Shown here: piece after piece, positions 41,284 to 52,423 of the stretch
Position numbering within the stretch: the stretch's first letter is position 1
How the letters are laid out: the number at the start of each line of letters is the position of its first letter
Assembly: GCA_902514105.1 (NCBI GenBank)
Contig: CABXPU010000004.1
Coordinates: forward strand, 1-59,089
DNA: 59,089 nucleotides
Direction: 5' to 3'
Source of the DNA: an uncultured SAR86 cluster bacterium
GTDB taxonomy: Bacteria > Pseudomonadota > Gammaproteobacteria > Magnimaribacterales > D2472
Notes under the pieces: generated by a model
Databases searched by the model: none
What the model saw: the letters and a program-made list of their open reading frames with translations, nothing else
What the model was told of the DNA's origin: nothing
Translations under genes and position numbers: made by a program

Positions 41284-42038
41284 TTCCTTGTCGCTGTAAA
41301 AATTTCTATATCGTTATAGGTTTCGTTTAGATTAAACTTTTGCATTATACATTCTTGTACCGATTTTTTATCAGATCTTAAAAATGGGTTTGTTTCTAAT
41401 TCAACTTCAAGCAAAGAGGGGATGGTAGGTTTATTATTTTTTCTAGATTGAACACATAGATCAAACCTTTTATGTAAAGGGATATTTTCTTTTTCTACTT
41501 TTAAAGCAAAAGCAAGATTAGATTGCGTATATTCATGACCACAATAAATTTGTGTATTTAATGGCAATTTTTTTAGTTTCAATAATGATTGATACATTTG
41601 CTCGTATGTTCCCTCAAAAACTCGACCACAACCTCCAGCAAAAAGAGTATCTCCGCAAAATAAGATAGGGTTATCATCATTTTCTGAATAATAAGCTATA
41701 TGATCTAGAGTGTGACCAGGTATTTCAATAACACTAAAATCAATACCAATAACATTAATAACATCTTCCTCTTTTAGTTCTTTAGTTATACCTTTGTATA
41801 TTGAAGAAGTTGGCCCATAAACCTCTACACCATATTTTTTCGATAACTCTTCTGCACCACCCGTATGATCAAAATGATGATGGGTAATTAAAATATGTGA
41901 TAAATTTTTACCAATCTTTTCTAGATAACTTAAAACAGGTTTAGCATCTCCAGGATCAACAACAACTAATCCTTCATTAGTTGACATTAACCAAATATAA
42001 TTATCATTAAATGCTTTAATTGGTTCAATCTTAATCAT
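41265..42038 (-). CDS. gloB: Hydroxyacylglutathione hydrolase (glyoxalase II)
   Basis: [32 protein letters not shown]. Confidence 0.96.
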   Translation of the reverse strand: MIKIEPIKAFNDNYIWLMSTNEGLVVVDPGDAKPVLSYLEKIGKNLSHILITHHHFDHTGGAEELSKKYGVEVYGPTSSIYKGITKELKEEDVINVIGIDFSVIEIPGHTLDHIAYYSENDDNPILFCGDTLFAGGCGRVFEGTYEQMYQSLLKLKKLPLNTQIYCGHEYTQSNLAFALKVEKENIPLHKRFDLCVQSRKNNKPTIPSLLEVELETNPFLRSDKKSVQECIMQKFNLNETYNDIEIFTATRKWKDDS

Positions 42039-42061
42039 ATGATGATTTTATATTCAAAAAG

Positions 42062-42493
42062 ATGAAAACGGTAAAAATATATACAGATGGTGCATGCAGA
42101 GGAAATCCTGGTCTAGGAGGCTGGGGAGTTTTATTGGTATTTAAAGATCAAGAAAAAGAGATTTGTGGCGGTGATGTAAATACAACTAACAACAAAATGG
42201 AATTAAAAGCTGCTATAGAAGGCTTAAAAGCATTAACTGAACCTTGTCTAGTTGAGTTAACCACAGATTCAAAATATGTAATGAGGGGCATTACCGAGTG
42301 GATTGAGAATTGGAAGAAAAATAATTGGAAAAATGCTAACAAGAAACCTGTTAAGAATAAAGAATTATGGATAGAGCTATATGATCTAAAATCAGAACAT
42401 CAAATTAATTGGAACTGGGTAAAAGGACATGCTGGCCATAGAGAAAATGAAATAGCTGATCAGCTTGCAAATAAAGGAATTGATAATTTATAA
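42062..42493 (+). CDS. rnhA: Ribonuclease HI
   Basis: [35 protein letters not shown]. Confidence 0.97.
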   Translation: MKTVKIYTDGACRGNPGLGGWGVLLVFKDQEKEICGGDVNTTNNKMELKAAIEGLKALTEPCLVELTTDSKYVMRGITEWIENWKKNNWKNANKKPVKNKELWIELYDLKSEHQINWNWVKGHAGHRENEIADQLANKGIDNL

Positions 42494-42497
42494 AAAG

Positions 42498-43217
42498 ATG
42501 GCTAAAAAATTTATAATCTTAGATACAGAAACAACAGGCTTGGAGGTTACTAAAGGCCATAAGATAATCGAGATAGGAGCAGTTGTTCTTAATGATAGGA
42601 AGAAATCTTCTGATCATTTTCATTCATACATCAATCCAGGAAGATCAATAGATGAAGAAGCTTCTAAAGTTCATGGAATTACAAACGAAGATCTAGAAAA
42701 CGAACCTATGTTTGCTGAAATAGCTGATGATTTTATTGAATTTGTTCAAGGGGCAACACTGATAATTCACAATGCTCCTTTTGATGTAGGTTTTTTAAAT
42801 CATGAATTAAAGGCAGTCTCTGCTAAACATCCAAATCTAGAGGATATTTGTGAAATAGAAGATTCATTAACTTTGGCTAGAAATAAATTTCCTGGACAAA
42901 GAAATTCTTTAGATGCATTGGCTTCTAGGTTTGATATTTCTGGATATGATAGAAGTTTTCACGGAGCTTTATTAGATGCAAATATCCTAGCGGATGTTTA
43001 TATTTTTTTAACTGGCGGTCAAAGTAAATTTGAATTTTCAGATAATAGTCTTTCTGTTAATGGCAGCGAATCAAATAATAAAACTGATGTTGCTTTTGAG
43101 GGTCTAAATTTTGTTAAGATAGAAGCCGATAAATCAGATTTAAAAGCTCACGAAAAAAGATTAAAAGAAATAGAAGAAAAAAATAAAATAAAACCTATTT
43201 GGAATAATTATTCATGA
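42498..43217 (+). CDS. dnaQ: DNA polymerase III epsilon
   Basis: LDTETTG, HNAPFD, HGALLDA, TGGQ. Start taken at ATG 42498. Confidence 0.96.
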   Translation: MAKKFIILDTETTGLEVTKGHKIIEIGAVVLNDRKKSSDHFHSYINPGRSIDEEASKVHGITNEDLENEPMFAEIADDFIEFVQGATLIIHNAPFDVGFLNHELKAVSAKHPNLEDICEIEDSLTLARNKFPGQRNSLDALASRFDISGYDRSFHGALLDANILADVYIFLTGGQSKFEFSDNSLSVNGSESNNKTDVAFEGLNFVKIEADKSDLKAHEKRLKEIEEKNKIKPIWNNYS

Positions 43218-44608
43218 CCGTTATAACCCGTTTTGCACCAAGCCCAACCGGCACATTGCATATTGGAGGAGTAAGAACAGCTTTATTTAATTATGTGTAT
43301 GCAAAACAAAATAAAGGTTTGTTTTTAATTAGAATAGAAGATACAGACCAAGAAAGATCAAAAAAAGAGTATGAAAAAAATATTCTAGACAGCCTTAATG
43401 ATCTTGGTCTTAAACCAGATAATGAACCGGTTCATCAATCCAAAAGAACAGACTTATACACTAAAGCGGCGAATAGTTTAATTGAATCGGGAAAAGCTTA
43501 TTATTGCAATTGTTCAAAAGAAAGATTGGATGAGATGAGAACAGCTCAACAAAAGGCCGGTTTAAAACCACAATACGATGGACAATGTAGAGATTTAAAT
43601 CTCCCAAAATCTGATAATACTGTACTTAGATTAAAAACCCCTCTGACTGGACAAGTTGTTGTTAAAGACTTTATAAGAGGAGAAATTATTTTTGAGAATT
43701 CTGAATTGGATGATTTAATTTTATTAAGAAGCAATGGGAGTCCTACTTATCATTTATGTAACGTTATAGATGACTATGATCAAGAAGTAACAACAGTCAT
43801 AAGAGGTGAAGACCATATCAGTAATACCCCGCGCCAGATCCATATTCAAGAAGCTTTAGATTATCCTTCTTTGGAATATGCTCACTTACCTTTGGTTTTG
43901 GGAGAGGATAAAAAGAGGTTATCCAAAAGACATGCCGCTACCAGTCTTGATGAATATAAAGAAATGGGTTACTTAGATGTCTCTATAATCAACACCTTGG
44001 CAAGGTTGGGATGGTCTAAAGGAGATAATGAAGTTTTTAATCTAGAAGATCTTATTAGAGACTTTAAAATTAATGATGTGCAAAAAGCTGGCGCAGTATT
44101 TGATCTAACTAAATTAGATTGGGTAAATACACAACATTTAAGCAAATTAGATCCAACAACTTTCAAAAAAACACTAATCCCTTTTATTGATAAATTAAAA
44201 TTTGATTATTCGCAATACGATCAAATGGATGAGCTTATTGAGGCTATGAGATCAGTTAAACCAAATTTAAGTCTTATTGCTGAAGCTTTAAAACCATATT
44301 TGGATAATTTTAATAATTATGACGAAAAAGGGGTCAAAAAATTCTTAATAGGATCTGAAGAGGTTCTAAATAGGGTAAAAATGCTCATAGAGTCTCTTAA
44401 TAACTGGAATGAGGCTGAAATTAGCAAAGGTTTAGAGGCAATTCAGGCAGAATTAGACTTGTCTACGCCTAAAATGAACCAACCAGTTCGCATTGCTTTA
44501 ACTGGCTCAACCCAATCACCATCATTAAGCTTAACAATTAAATTAATTGGTCGCTCTAAATCTATCAAGCTACTTGATAATGCTTTAACTTATTTATCTA
44601 AAAATTAA
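43214..44608 (+). CDS. gltX: Glutamate--tRNA ligase
   Basis: RFAPSPTG.LHIGG, RIEDTD, IRGEDH, RLSKR. Confidence 0.96.
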   Translation: MTVITRFAPSPTGTLHIGGVRTALFNYVYAKQNKGLFLIRIEDTDQERSKKEYEKNILDSLNDLGLKPDNEPVHQSKRTDLYTKAANSLIESGKAYYCNCSKERLDEMRTAQQKAGLKPQYDGQCRDLNLPKSDNTVLRLKTPLTGQVVVKDFIRGEIIFENSELDDLILLRSNGSPTYHLCNVIDDYDQEVTTVIRGEDHISNTPRQIHIQEALDYPSLEYAHLPLVLGEDKKRLSKRHAATSLDEYKEMGYLDVSIINTLARLGWSKGDNEVFNLEDLIRDFKINDVQKAGAVFDLTKLDWVNTQHLSKLDPTTFKKTLIPFIDKLKFDYSQYDQMDELIEAMRSVKPNLSLIAEALKPYLDNFNNYDEKGVKKFLIGSEEVLNRVKMLIESLNNWNEAEISKGLEAIQAELDLSTPKMNQPVRIALTGSTQSPSLSLTIKLIGRSKSIKLLDNALTYLSKN

Positions 44609-44649
44609 GTAAATTCATAAAACCACAGAAAACTTCCCAAAATAGCTTT

Positions 44650-44695
44650 AAATATATACAATTACCCAATATTGCGTAATTTTGCGTATATATTT
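44650..44695 (+). promoter_or_regulatory. Operator-like palindrome over the TBDR promoter
   Basis: AATTACCCAATATTGCGTAATT (22 bp, one mismatch) nested in AAATATATAC...GTATATATTT; overlaps TACAAT. Confidence 0.5.
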
Positions 44696-44725
44696 TTATA
44701 TTCATATTTTTAGGGGAATGAAAAC

Positions 44726-47700
44726 ATGAAACACACTAAATATTTATTATTAATACCAGCGATTCTATCGTTTAACTTATTTGCTCAAGATGCAGATGCC
44801 GATTCTTCAAATGTTGAAGAAATTGTTATTGTCGGTTCTCAAATTAAAGGAGCTAAAATTACCGGCGCACTTCCTGTATCTATTATCACTTCTGATGATA
44901 TTGAAGGTCTTGGAATTGAGTCTGGTGAAGAGCTTATGCAAAGTATTGCTGAAAATGGATCAAATAACTTTAACCAAACAGATTTTAATGGTGGTTATAA
45001 CGCCAATAGGGGTGACGTGGGTGCACTGGATCTAAGAAACATTGGAACAGGAAACACAGTTACACTTTTAAACGGAAGAAGAATAGTTAACGCGCCCGGT
45101 TATGCAACTGAGTGGGTTGGCGGAAGTTATGTTCCAGTATCAAGTGTTAACTCTAATGTTATTCCTGTATATGGAGCTGAAAGAATTGAGATTCTTCGTG
45201 ATGGAGCTTCAGCGATTTATGGTGCTGATGCTGTAGCCGGTGTTGTAAACACAGTTCTTCAAGATGATTATGAAGGCATGACTGTAAGACTAAGAACTAA
45301 TTGGTATGACAGCTTTGCTGCAAATGATGATAAAGCTAGCATTCAATGGGGCTTTAACTTAAGTAGCGGAATGAATGTATCTGTTTACTTCGATCATTAT
45401 GATCGAGGCAGAATCAGAGCAAGTGAAGACCCTAAGTGGGCCAATGGTGATTTAAGAAGATTACTCCCATCTCCAGATGATGGTGGCCTAGGTGAGTTTA
45501 ATGATACTACCTGGAGAAACCAAAGTGCTTCAAGCCCATGGGGACAATTCTACGAAGGCAGTAATATATTTAGTATTTATAGAGCTGATGATTCATATTG
45601 CTCACCATATTATGATGGTGATGCAAGCACTTCCCCAAGTTCATCAAATTTCTATTACATTCCTGGACAAAGTCATATGTGTATGTATGACGCATCTTCT
45701 ATTAGAGGTGAAAACAGAGTTAATTATGGACAGTGGATGGATAAAAGAGGAAAACTGTCTCGAGACAACATTCTTGTATTTTTAAACAAAGAGCTTGAAA
45801 GCGGTACTGAGTCATATACTGAAATTGGTATGTATATGTCTGAAACTAACCGTGTTCTTTATCCAGGCACCATGCTAGGTTCAGGTAGTTCTACTAAAAA
45901 TGGTGGAGGAACTCAGCCAATGGAGATTCCTTCAACTAACTATTGGTTAAACCAATTAAGACAAGCAGACGGAGATCTATTTGTTGATGAAGAAGGCGAT
46001 GTCTTGTATGCAAGATATTTCAGATTTAATACTCCTCGTGGTTATGACTCTAGAAGAGAAACATTTAGATTTGTAAAAGGATGGAGGGGAGAAAATGGTG
46101 CATGGGATTGGGATACTGCATTTGTTTGGTCACAGGCTAATTCAGAAATGGATAACTTTGGTAGAGCTAATATGAATGCACTAGATGCAGCTTTAGCGCT
46201 AGACACTCCTGATGCTTATAACCCATTTTGTGCAACTGTAGGTTGTAATGAAGAACAATTCATGATGACAATTTTTAGAAACAATTCATCACATCTATAT
46301 ATGTGGGATTTCAAAATGTCTAATCCATCTGTATTCAGCTTACCTGCAGGAGATGTTGGTATGTTATTTGGAGCGGAAGTTAGAAGTGAAAAAATGAATG
46401 ATGAAAGAGACCCTAATATCAATGGAACTATTCCTTGGACTACTGTTAAAGGTGTAACTTTCCCATACGTTTCAAACGTAGCTAACTCAAGCCCATCTCC
46501 CAATACAAAAGGATCAAGGCTTGTTACTTCAGCATTTATGGAAATGCAGATTCCATTAATGGAAAACATGGATGCTCAGTTTGCTGTTAGAGGTGAAAAT
46601 TTTGATGATATTGATGACACCACTGTTGTAGGTAAATTTGCAATAGGTTATCAGCCAATTGATGAGATTAAGTTAAGAGCTTCAACCTCAACTTCTTTTA
46701 GAGCGCCTAATCTTATAACTGTAAACGAAGGCCTTATTGCTAGAAGTAATACACAAGAAGATCCTTTATACACTTATGCAGTTGGAGAAAATTATAATAA
46801 TTATTCAATCCAAAGGGTTGCTCAAGGTAATAAAGATCTAAAATCAGAAGAAGCAACAAATACTTCTATTGGTATAATTTTAATGCCTGGAGAGCAATTC
46901 CCAGTGTTGGATGGTTTAGTCATAACTTTTGATAAATGGACTATTGATACAGAAAATACAATAGGACTATTTGGTGAAAGAAACCATATGTTACTTGATA
47001 CTTTAATTAGAGCCCAAGGTGGAGCTAGCGAATGTGTTGGTAACCCACTAGTTGTTCGTGGTGATTTCCAAGGAGCAGAAGATGGCGACGGCAATCCTTT
47101 AACTTGGAATCCAAATCTTTGTGAGGCTGGTCAAGTTATTAGAGTTATGGATACATACGTAAACTTAGATGATAGAAATATGGCTGGTACTGATATAGCT
47201 GTTCAATATTCTAGAGATACTGATGTTGGTAAGTTCGGAGCTAAATTTACACTTGTATCATACGATGAGTTTTTACAAGAGCCTGGTGCTAAGAGTCAGA
47301 TGTTAATTGACGCTGTTCAGCCTGGAGGTGAATTAGAAGGATTGATTGCACCTGCTGGCTATGGTGATTTAGTTGGTACTTTTGGTAGACGTGCTTATCC
47401 TGAAGAGAAATATACTGGTAGCATTTCATGGAGACATGGTGGTTGGTCAGCTTATCTAACCGGCACACTAATCGGTGAATTCTTTGAAACTGGTGTTACA
47501 GATAATGCTAAGAACTCCGATGGTAATTATGCATGTTCAGGAACCACATCATGGTCTGGTGATAATTGTGGTGACTTCTGGCTTGTAGAGTCAATGTTAA
47601 CTTTAAACTTCAGCTTGTCTTATAAGTTCAGAAATGGCTTAAGATTAAAAGGTCAAGTTAGAAACTTTGAAGATACAAGAGCTCCATTGGCTGATGAATA

Positions 47701-47776
47701 TACATGGGGTTATGTTGGTGATGTTCATCAAGACTACGGTAAAAGTTATGTACTTGAACTTTATAAAAAGTTTTAA
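44726..47776 (+). CDS. TonB-dependent receptor
   Basis: Signal peptide, EEIVIVGS TonB box, plug motifs LLNGRR and RIEILRDGASAIYGADAVAGVVN, FRAPNL, C-terminal Phe. Confidence 0.95.
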   Translation: MKHTKYLLLIPAILSFNLFAQDADADSSNVEEIVIVGSQIKGAKITGALPVSIITSDDIEGLGIESGEELMQSIAENGSNNFNQTDFNGGYNANRGDVGALDLRNIGTGNTVTLLNGRRIVNAPGYATEWVGGSYVPVSSVNSNVIPVYGAERIEILRDGASAIYGADAVAGVVNTVLQDDYEGMTVRLRTNWYDSFAANDDKASIQWGFNLSSGMNVSVYFDHYDRGRIRASEDPKWANGDLRRLLPSPDDGGLGEFNDTTWRNQSASSPWGQFYEGSNIFSIYRADDSYCSPYYDGDASTSPSSSNFYYIPGQSHMCMYDASSIRGENRVNYGQWMDKRGKLSRDNILVFLNKELESGTESYTEIGMYMSETNRVLYPGTMLGSGSSTKNGGGTQPMEIPSTNYWLNQLRQADGDLFVDEEGDVLYARYFRFNTPRGYDSRRETFRFVKGWRGENGAWDWDTAFVWSQANSEMDNFGRANMNALDAALALDTPDAYNPFCATVGCNEEQFMMTIFRNNSSHLYMWDFKMSNPSVFSLPAGDVGMLFGAEVRSEKMNDERDPNINGTIPWTTVKGVTFPYVSNVANSSPSPNTKGSRLVTSAFMEMQIPLMENMDAQFAVRGENFDDIDDTTVVGKFAIGYQPIDEIKLRASTSTSFRAPNLITVNEGLIARSNTQEDPLYTYAVGENYNNYSIQRVAQGNKDLKSEEATNTSIGIILMPGEQFPVLDGLVITFDKWTIDTENTIGLFGERNHMLLDTLIRAQGGASECVGNPLVVRGDFQGAEDGDGNPLTWNPNLCEAGQVIRVMDTYVNLDDRNMAGTDIAVQYSRDTDVGKFGAKFTLVSYDEFLQEPGAKSQMLIDAVQPGGELEGLIAPAGYGDLVGTFGRRAYPEEKYTGSISWRHGGWSAYLTGTLIGEFFETGVTDNAKNSDGNYACSGTTSWSGDNCGDFWLVESMLTLNFSLSYKFRNGLRLKGQVRNFEDTRAPLADEYTWGYVGDVHQDYGKSYVLELYKKF

Positions 47777-47789
47777 TTTATAAATAACT

Positions 47790-47820
47790 ATAAAAAGGGA
47801 GCTTAGGCTCCCTTTTTTAT
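47790..47820 (+). terminator. Rho-independent terminator after the TBDR
   Basis: AAAAAGGGAGC-TTAG-GCTCCCTTTTTT. Confidence 0.92.
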
Positions 47821-47848
47821 TTAAATCAAATTTCTATATAATATTTTA

Positions 47849-49564
47849 ATGCGATACCTAATCCTATCTTTCCTGTTAATTGTAAATACAGTTGATGCCC
47901 AACAAAGCTATATTGATTACCGCTCACCATTTCATCCTGTAGTTTCATCAGAAGGTATGGTGGTTTCTCAAAGTTACCTATCATCAGATATTGGCATTGA
48001 GATTCTCAATAAAGGTGGCAATGCAGTAGATGCAGCAGTTGCAGTTGGTTTTTCATTAGCTATAACTTTACCAAGAGCAGGCAATATAGGTGGAGGCGGT
48101 TTTATGCTTGTGTATCTAAAAGAGCAAGAAGAAATATTCTTTATTGATTACAGAGGTAAGTCACCGTTAAATTCAAATATTAAAGATTTATTTAACACAA
48201 ACTTACCAAAAGATTACAAAAAAACAGATTTTAATAAATCAAGGTTTGGTTATAAAGCTTCAACTGTTCCAGGAACAGTAGCTGGGCTTATTGATGCTCA
48301 TACTAATTTTGGAAAACTACCTCTTTCTCAGGTTTTAGAACCTGTTATTAAACAAGCCGAAGAGGGAATAATTGTTTCATATGATTTAAGTAAAGCAATT
48401 GAAAGTAGCAAACAGCTGCTTAAAGACCCTGAATCAAAAAGCATTTATTTTAAAGATGGCAAGCCTCTTCAAGAGAATTCTCTAATGAAGCGCCCAGATC
48501 TAGCAAATACTTTGCGCCTAATAGCTAAGAATGGAACTAAAGGTTTTTATGAGGGTGAAACTGCTAGGAAATTTATTGAGGCAATGGAAGATAATAACGG
48601 CTTTATGGTCAAAAAAGATCTTAAAGATTATAAAATTAATTCAGGTGCGCCTATTGTATCTTTGTATCGAGGTAATCCTGTTTTTACCGCAGGCCCTCCG
48701 TCAGGTGGAGGAGTAGTTCTATTAACTGCATTAAATATCTTAGGAAAATATAAATTTAATAAAGCAGATAGCAATTCAACAAGGACTTATCATTTATTAG
48801 CTGAATCACTAAGACGAGGACATAACAACAGATCTCATCATGTCGGTGATCCTAATTTTTATGATGTACCTATAGACCAATTAATATCAAAAGAAAGAAC
48901 AAACGAACTTCAAAAAAATCTTAAATTTAAATCTGCTACACCTAGTGATAATGTAAAACCATTATCTGTTGTAAATGAAAGCAGAGATACAACTCATTAC
49001 TCTATTATTGACTCAGATGGTAATGCTGTATCAAATACCTATACGCTGGGATATTCTTTTGGTTCAGGTGTAACTATTCCCGGAACAGGTGTATTAATGA
49101 ATAATCAAATGAATAATTTTGCTTATAGATATGGCGATACATCTATTGTAGGAAGAGCGGCCAGTCCAGCTAATAAATTTTCACCTGGAAAGAGACCAAT
49201 GAGCACAATGGCTCCGACAATGGTCTTTAATAAAAAAGGGCAGTTAATTCTTATTACTGGTTCACCAGGCGGCTCGTTTATTCCAGCAGCTGTATTAAGA
49301 GTTGTTAGTGGCGTTATTGACTTTGATTTAAATATTGGTGAAGCAACCATGCTGCCTCGCATACATAAAGATTGGCCTTATGCAGGATTAGATTATGAAT
49401 CTACATTAAGTTCAGATATTTCCAATCAACTAGAATATATGGGTCATCAACCTGAACGTCAAAAAACAATGGGAAGCACGCAGAGTATTCATATTATAGA
49501 TGGAATTAATTATGGATATGCTGACCTTAGAAGGCCTAATGCAGGGGTATCAAGGCAAAGATAA
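47849..49564 (+). CDS. ggt: Gamma-glutamyltransferase-family Ntn hydrolase (atypical active site)
   Basis: GGNAVDAAVA, GGGGF, VPGTVAG, PPSGGG, autoprocessing D-TTHYS, KRP.S.M.PT, GSPGG; signal peptide. Confidence 0.9.
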   Translation: MRYLILSFLLIVNTVDAQQSYIDYRSPFHPVVSSEGMVVSQSYLSSDIGIEILNKGGNAVDAAVAVGFSLAITLPRAGNIGGGGFMLVYLKEQEEIFFIDYRGKSPLNSNIKDLFNTNLPKDYKKTDFNKSRFGYKASTVPGTVAGLIDAHTNFGKLPLSQVLEPVIKQAEEGIIVSYDLSKAIESSKQLLKDPESKSIYFKDGKPLQENSLMKRPDLANTLRLIAKNGTKGFYEGETARKFIEAMEDNNGFMVKKDLKDYKINSGAPIVSLYRGNPVFTAGPPSGGGVVLLTALNILGKYKFNKADSNSTRTYHLLAESLRRGHNNRSHHVGDPNFYDVPIDQLISKERTNELQKNLKFKSATPSDNVKPLSVVNESRDTTHYSIIDSDGNAVSNTYTLGYSFGSGVTIPGTGVLMNNQMNNFAYRYGDTSIVGRAASPANKFSPGKRPMSTMAPTMVFNKKGQLILITGSPGGSFIPAAVLRVVSGVIDFDLNIGEATMLPRIHKDWPYAGLDYESTLSSDISNQLEYMGHQPERQKTMGSTQSIHIIDGINYGYADLRRPNAGVSRQR

Positions 49565-51004
49565 TTAGTTTCTATAATTAAGAGGCGGTAGCCTATCACC
49601 TAATAAAGCCTCATAAACAAAATCATCACCAATTCTAGAATTTAATTCATTATTTGCTTCTTTAATAAGTTGAGGGTTCTCAAACAATTCTATTATAGTT
49701 GCACTCAATGTTTTAGCTGCAAGCTCTGCACCCTTTAATCCAATTGAAGTCCCACCAGATGAAACTGCTTGCCAAGAATGTGCAGGAGTTCCTGGAACCC
49801 AACTAGCAATTCTCACTCCAGCAGTAGGGACATTCCAACTAACATCTCCAACATCTGTAGACCCATAACTATGTGACTTTTTATAAGGTCTAATATTTTC
49901 CTGGGATCCTATTTCTCTATCTGGATTAATAAATGATTTATATAGCTCTTTTGCATAATCCTCTTCTTCTTTTGAATATTTAATGCCACCAAATTCAGAT
50001 AATTTCTGATGAACTATTTTTTGCAATATTTCGTTTGGTAATAAAGAATAATTTCCATGCATAACTTCATAAGTCATAGAAGTTTCTGTTCCCATTGCTG
50101 CAGCTTGAGCTATTGTTGCAACTCTATTAAATAATTCTTCTACTCGTTTCATTTCAGGATGGCGAACGTAGTAATAGACTTGAGCTAAATCAGGAACAAC
50201 ATTAGGAGCTAATCCCCCTTTGGTAATGACATAATGGATTCTTGATGATTGAGGAATATGCTCTCTCATCATATTAACCATCATGTTCATTGATTCAACT
50301 CCATCAAGAGCAGACCTTCCTTCATCAGGCGATCCAGCTGCGTGCGCAGCAATACCTTTAAAAGTAAATTTAGCGGATTTATTAGAGTTATTTGTTGATG
50401 AGTTAGCTGAATTATTGTCATCAGGGTGCCAATGCAATACAGCATCAACGTCATCAAATAAACCTGCTCTTACTAAATAAACTTTCCCAGACCCTCCTTC
50501 TTCTGCTGGAGTTCCATAAAATCTAATAGTTCCTTTAATATTATTTTTTACTAACCATTCCTTGATTGTTACAGCAGCCCAAGCTGAAGCAGCTCCAAAT
50601 AGATGATGGCCACAGGCTTGTCCAGCTCCAGTAGAATTATTAACAACCTCTTTAAATGGTGATTTAGATTGAGCTAAGCCGGGCAGGGCATCGTATTCAC
50701 CTAATATCCCGATAACAGGACCACCATTAGAATATTCAGCTATAAATGCAGTAGGTATTCCTGCAACACCTTTAGTTATAGTAAAACCTTCTTTCTTTAA
50801 TTCACTGCTAAGTATGTTCACACTTTCAGTTTCTTGGTATCCCATTTCAGCTAAATCCCAAAGGTCTAGCGCTACTTTTTCGAATTGATTTTTATGATTT
50901 TGTATGCTGCTCTGCAGATCAAAGGCTAATACCTGATTAGTAATGCTTGAGATTATAATTAAGCTAAATAATTGTCTTTGAAATTTACTAGTTTCCCAAC
51001 CCAT
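49565..51004 (-). CDS. M20 amidohydrolase, AbgB-like, with signal peptide
   Basis: [42 protein letters not shown]. Confidence 0.88.
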   Translation of the reverse strand: MGWETSKFQRQLFSLIIISSITNQVLAFDLQSSIQNHKNQFEKVALDLWDLAEMGYQETESVNILSSELKKEGFTITKGVAGIPTAFIAEYSNGGPVIGILGEYDALPGLAQSKSPFKEVVNNSTGAGQACGHHLFGAASAWAAVTIKEWLVKNNIKGTIRFYGTPAEEGGSGKVYLVRAGLFDDVDAVLHWHPDDNNSANSSTNNSNKSAKFTFKGIAAHAAGSPDEGRSALDGVESMNMMVNMMREHIPQSSRIHYVITKGGLAPNVVPDLAQVYYYVRHPEMKRVEELFNRVATIAQAAAMGTETSMTYEVMHGNYSLLPNEILQKIVHQKLSEFGGIKYSKEEEDYAKELYKSFINPDREIGSQENIRPYKKSHSYGSTDVGDVSWNVPTAGVRIASWVPGTPAHSWQAVSSGGTSIGLKGAELAAKTLSATIIELFENPQLIKEANNELNSRIGDDFVYEALLGDRLPPLNYRN

Positions 51005-52410
51005 TCTTCTTCTCCCATATTTTGGATTATCTTTTTATCATAAGATATTATTACTTTTCTTGCTCTATTTAAATCCTCTATGTAGATAACCGCTTTTTTA
51101 TTATTAACATCATTCTTAGGTAAAACCGTATACCCCAAAACTTTTCCTGCACCCTCCTTTAAATTGGATAGAGGTATTGGTTTTTCTATTTTTTCAGCTT
51201 CATTAGTAACATCTTTTGATACAAAATTTATGAATGGTTCTTTTGCCCATAATGCAAAAGATTGCTTGGTCATCATTCCAGATACACCTGTTACAAGCCC
51301 AATTTTATTTGAATCTTTTTTAATATCCTTAAGAATCTTAACAGTAGACTGAATTACAAAATGATTTAATGGTCCTCCAGCAAATGGCATGCCGCCTGTA
51401 GATGTAAGATTAGAATTTAGATCTAGATTTAAAGAGTCTGCAAACATTTGAACAGCAACAGGAAAACAACTATAAACCTCGAATGTATTTGGCTTAATGT
51501 TATGTTCTTTGCATATATTTAAAATAAAATCTGCCGCCAACTGAAGACCAGTTGGTTTAATAATATTAGGTCTTTGAATAGCAGCAATCATATGGTTTGT
51601 CTCAGATGAAGCTAGCGGGTATAACCTATTTTTTTGAGGAATATTTAAATCATTAGCTAATTCTTCACTACATAAAATCATTGCAGAGGCTTGATTAACA
51701 TTCCAGCTAGCACAATGAAGTTTATTGTAGGGTAATGCTTGCATTGGGTTTTTATCGCTCTCATTTGAAATATTTTCCCAATCAAGAGGATTAGCAATCC
51801 AACCATCGTCATTTAAGGCAGCAATCTTTGAAAAATCTGAATATAACTTACCTATTTTTTCTTTATGTGAGTCAATCTTTAAATTTTTAGTTTTTCTTAA
51901 AGCGCTCTCAAGAATTGCATAATAACCAACAGCCATTAGACCAAGTGCATCTTCTTCTTCTTTTATATGAAGATCATCTTTTGCTTTAACATAATGATCT
52001 GGATTTATATTTAATTCAGTTTCTTGATACTCTTTCTTTTCTATTAAAGCTCTAATTCTTTTAAATCTTGCTTCACCACCAACTATTAATGAAGCCCTAA
52101 TTTCACCATTTTTAATTTTATTGCACGAACTGTTAATAAGATTTTGTTGCAGTACACCAATTTTGGTTACGCTTGTTTTAGCATCAGGAAAGCCATTGCG
52201 TTTTGCTATCCATTTCCCTGGATCTCTATATTTCCAGTAACCTTTTGGGATTTGTACTTCATCAATATATTTTGATATCTGTTTTGAGGAGGAATCATTA
52301 ATAGCTTCTTGGGTAGCTTTTTCCATTAAGATTAAAGCTTCATCTAAATCTTTAAAATTACCTTTTTGTTGTAATGATCCTATTCCAACAACAACCGGCC
52401 TATTTTTCAT
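50959..52410 (-). CDS. Thiolase-like protein (TLP1 type)
   Basis: [26 protein letters not shown] motifs plus an extra C-terminal domain. Confidence 0.75.
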   Translation of the reverse strand: MKNRPVVVGIGSLQQKGNFKDLDEALILMEKATQEAINDSSSKQISKYIDEVQIPKGYWKYRDPGKWIAKRNGFPDAKTSVTKIGVLQQNLINSSCNKIKNGEIRASLIVGGEARFKRIRALIEKKEYQETELNINPDHYVKAKDDLHIKEEEDALGLMAVGYYAILESALRKTKNLKIDSHKEKIGKLYSDFSKIAALNDDGWIANPLDWENISNESDKNPMQALPYNKLHCASWNVNQASAMILCSEELANDLNIPQKNRLYPLASSETNHMIAAIQRPNIIKPTGLQLAADFILNICKEHNIKPNTFEVYSCFPVAVQMFADSLNLDLNSNLTSTGGMPFAGGPLNHFVIQSTVKILKDIKKDSNKIGLVTGVSGMMTKQSFALWAKEPFINFVSKDVTNEAEKIEKPIPLSNLKEGAGKVLGYTVLPKNDVNNKKAVIYIEDLNRARKVIISYDKKIIQNMGEEEWVGKLVNFKDNYLA

Positions 52411-52423
52411 TTAAAAAAATTAT

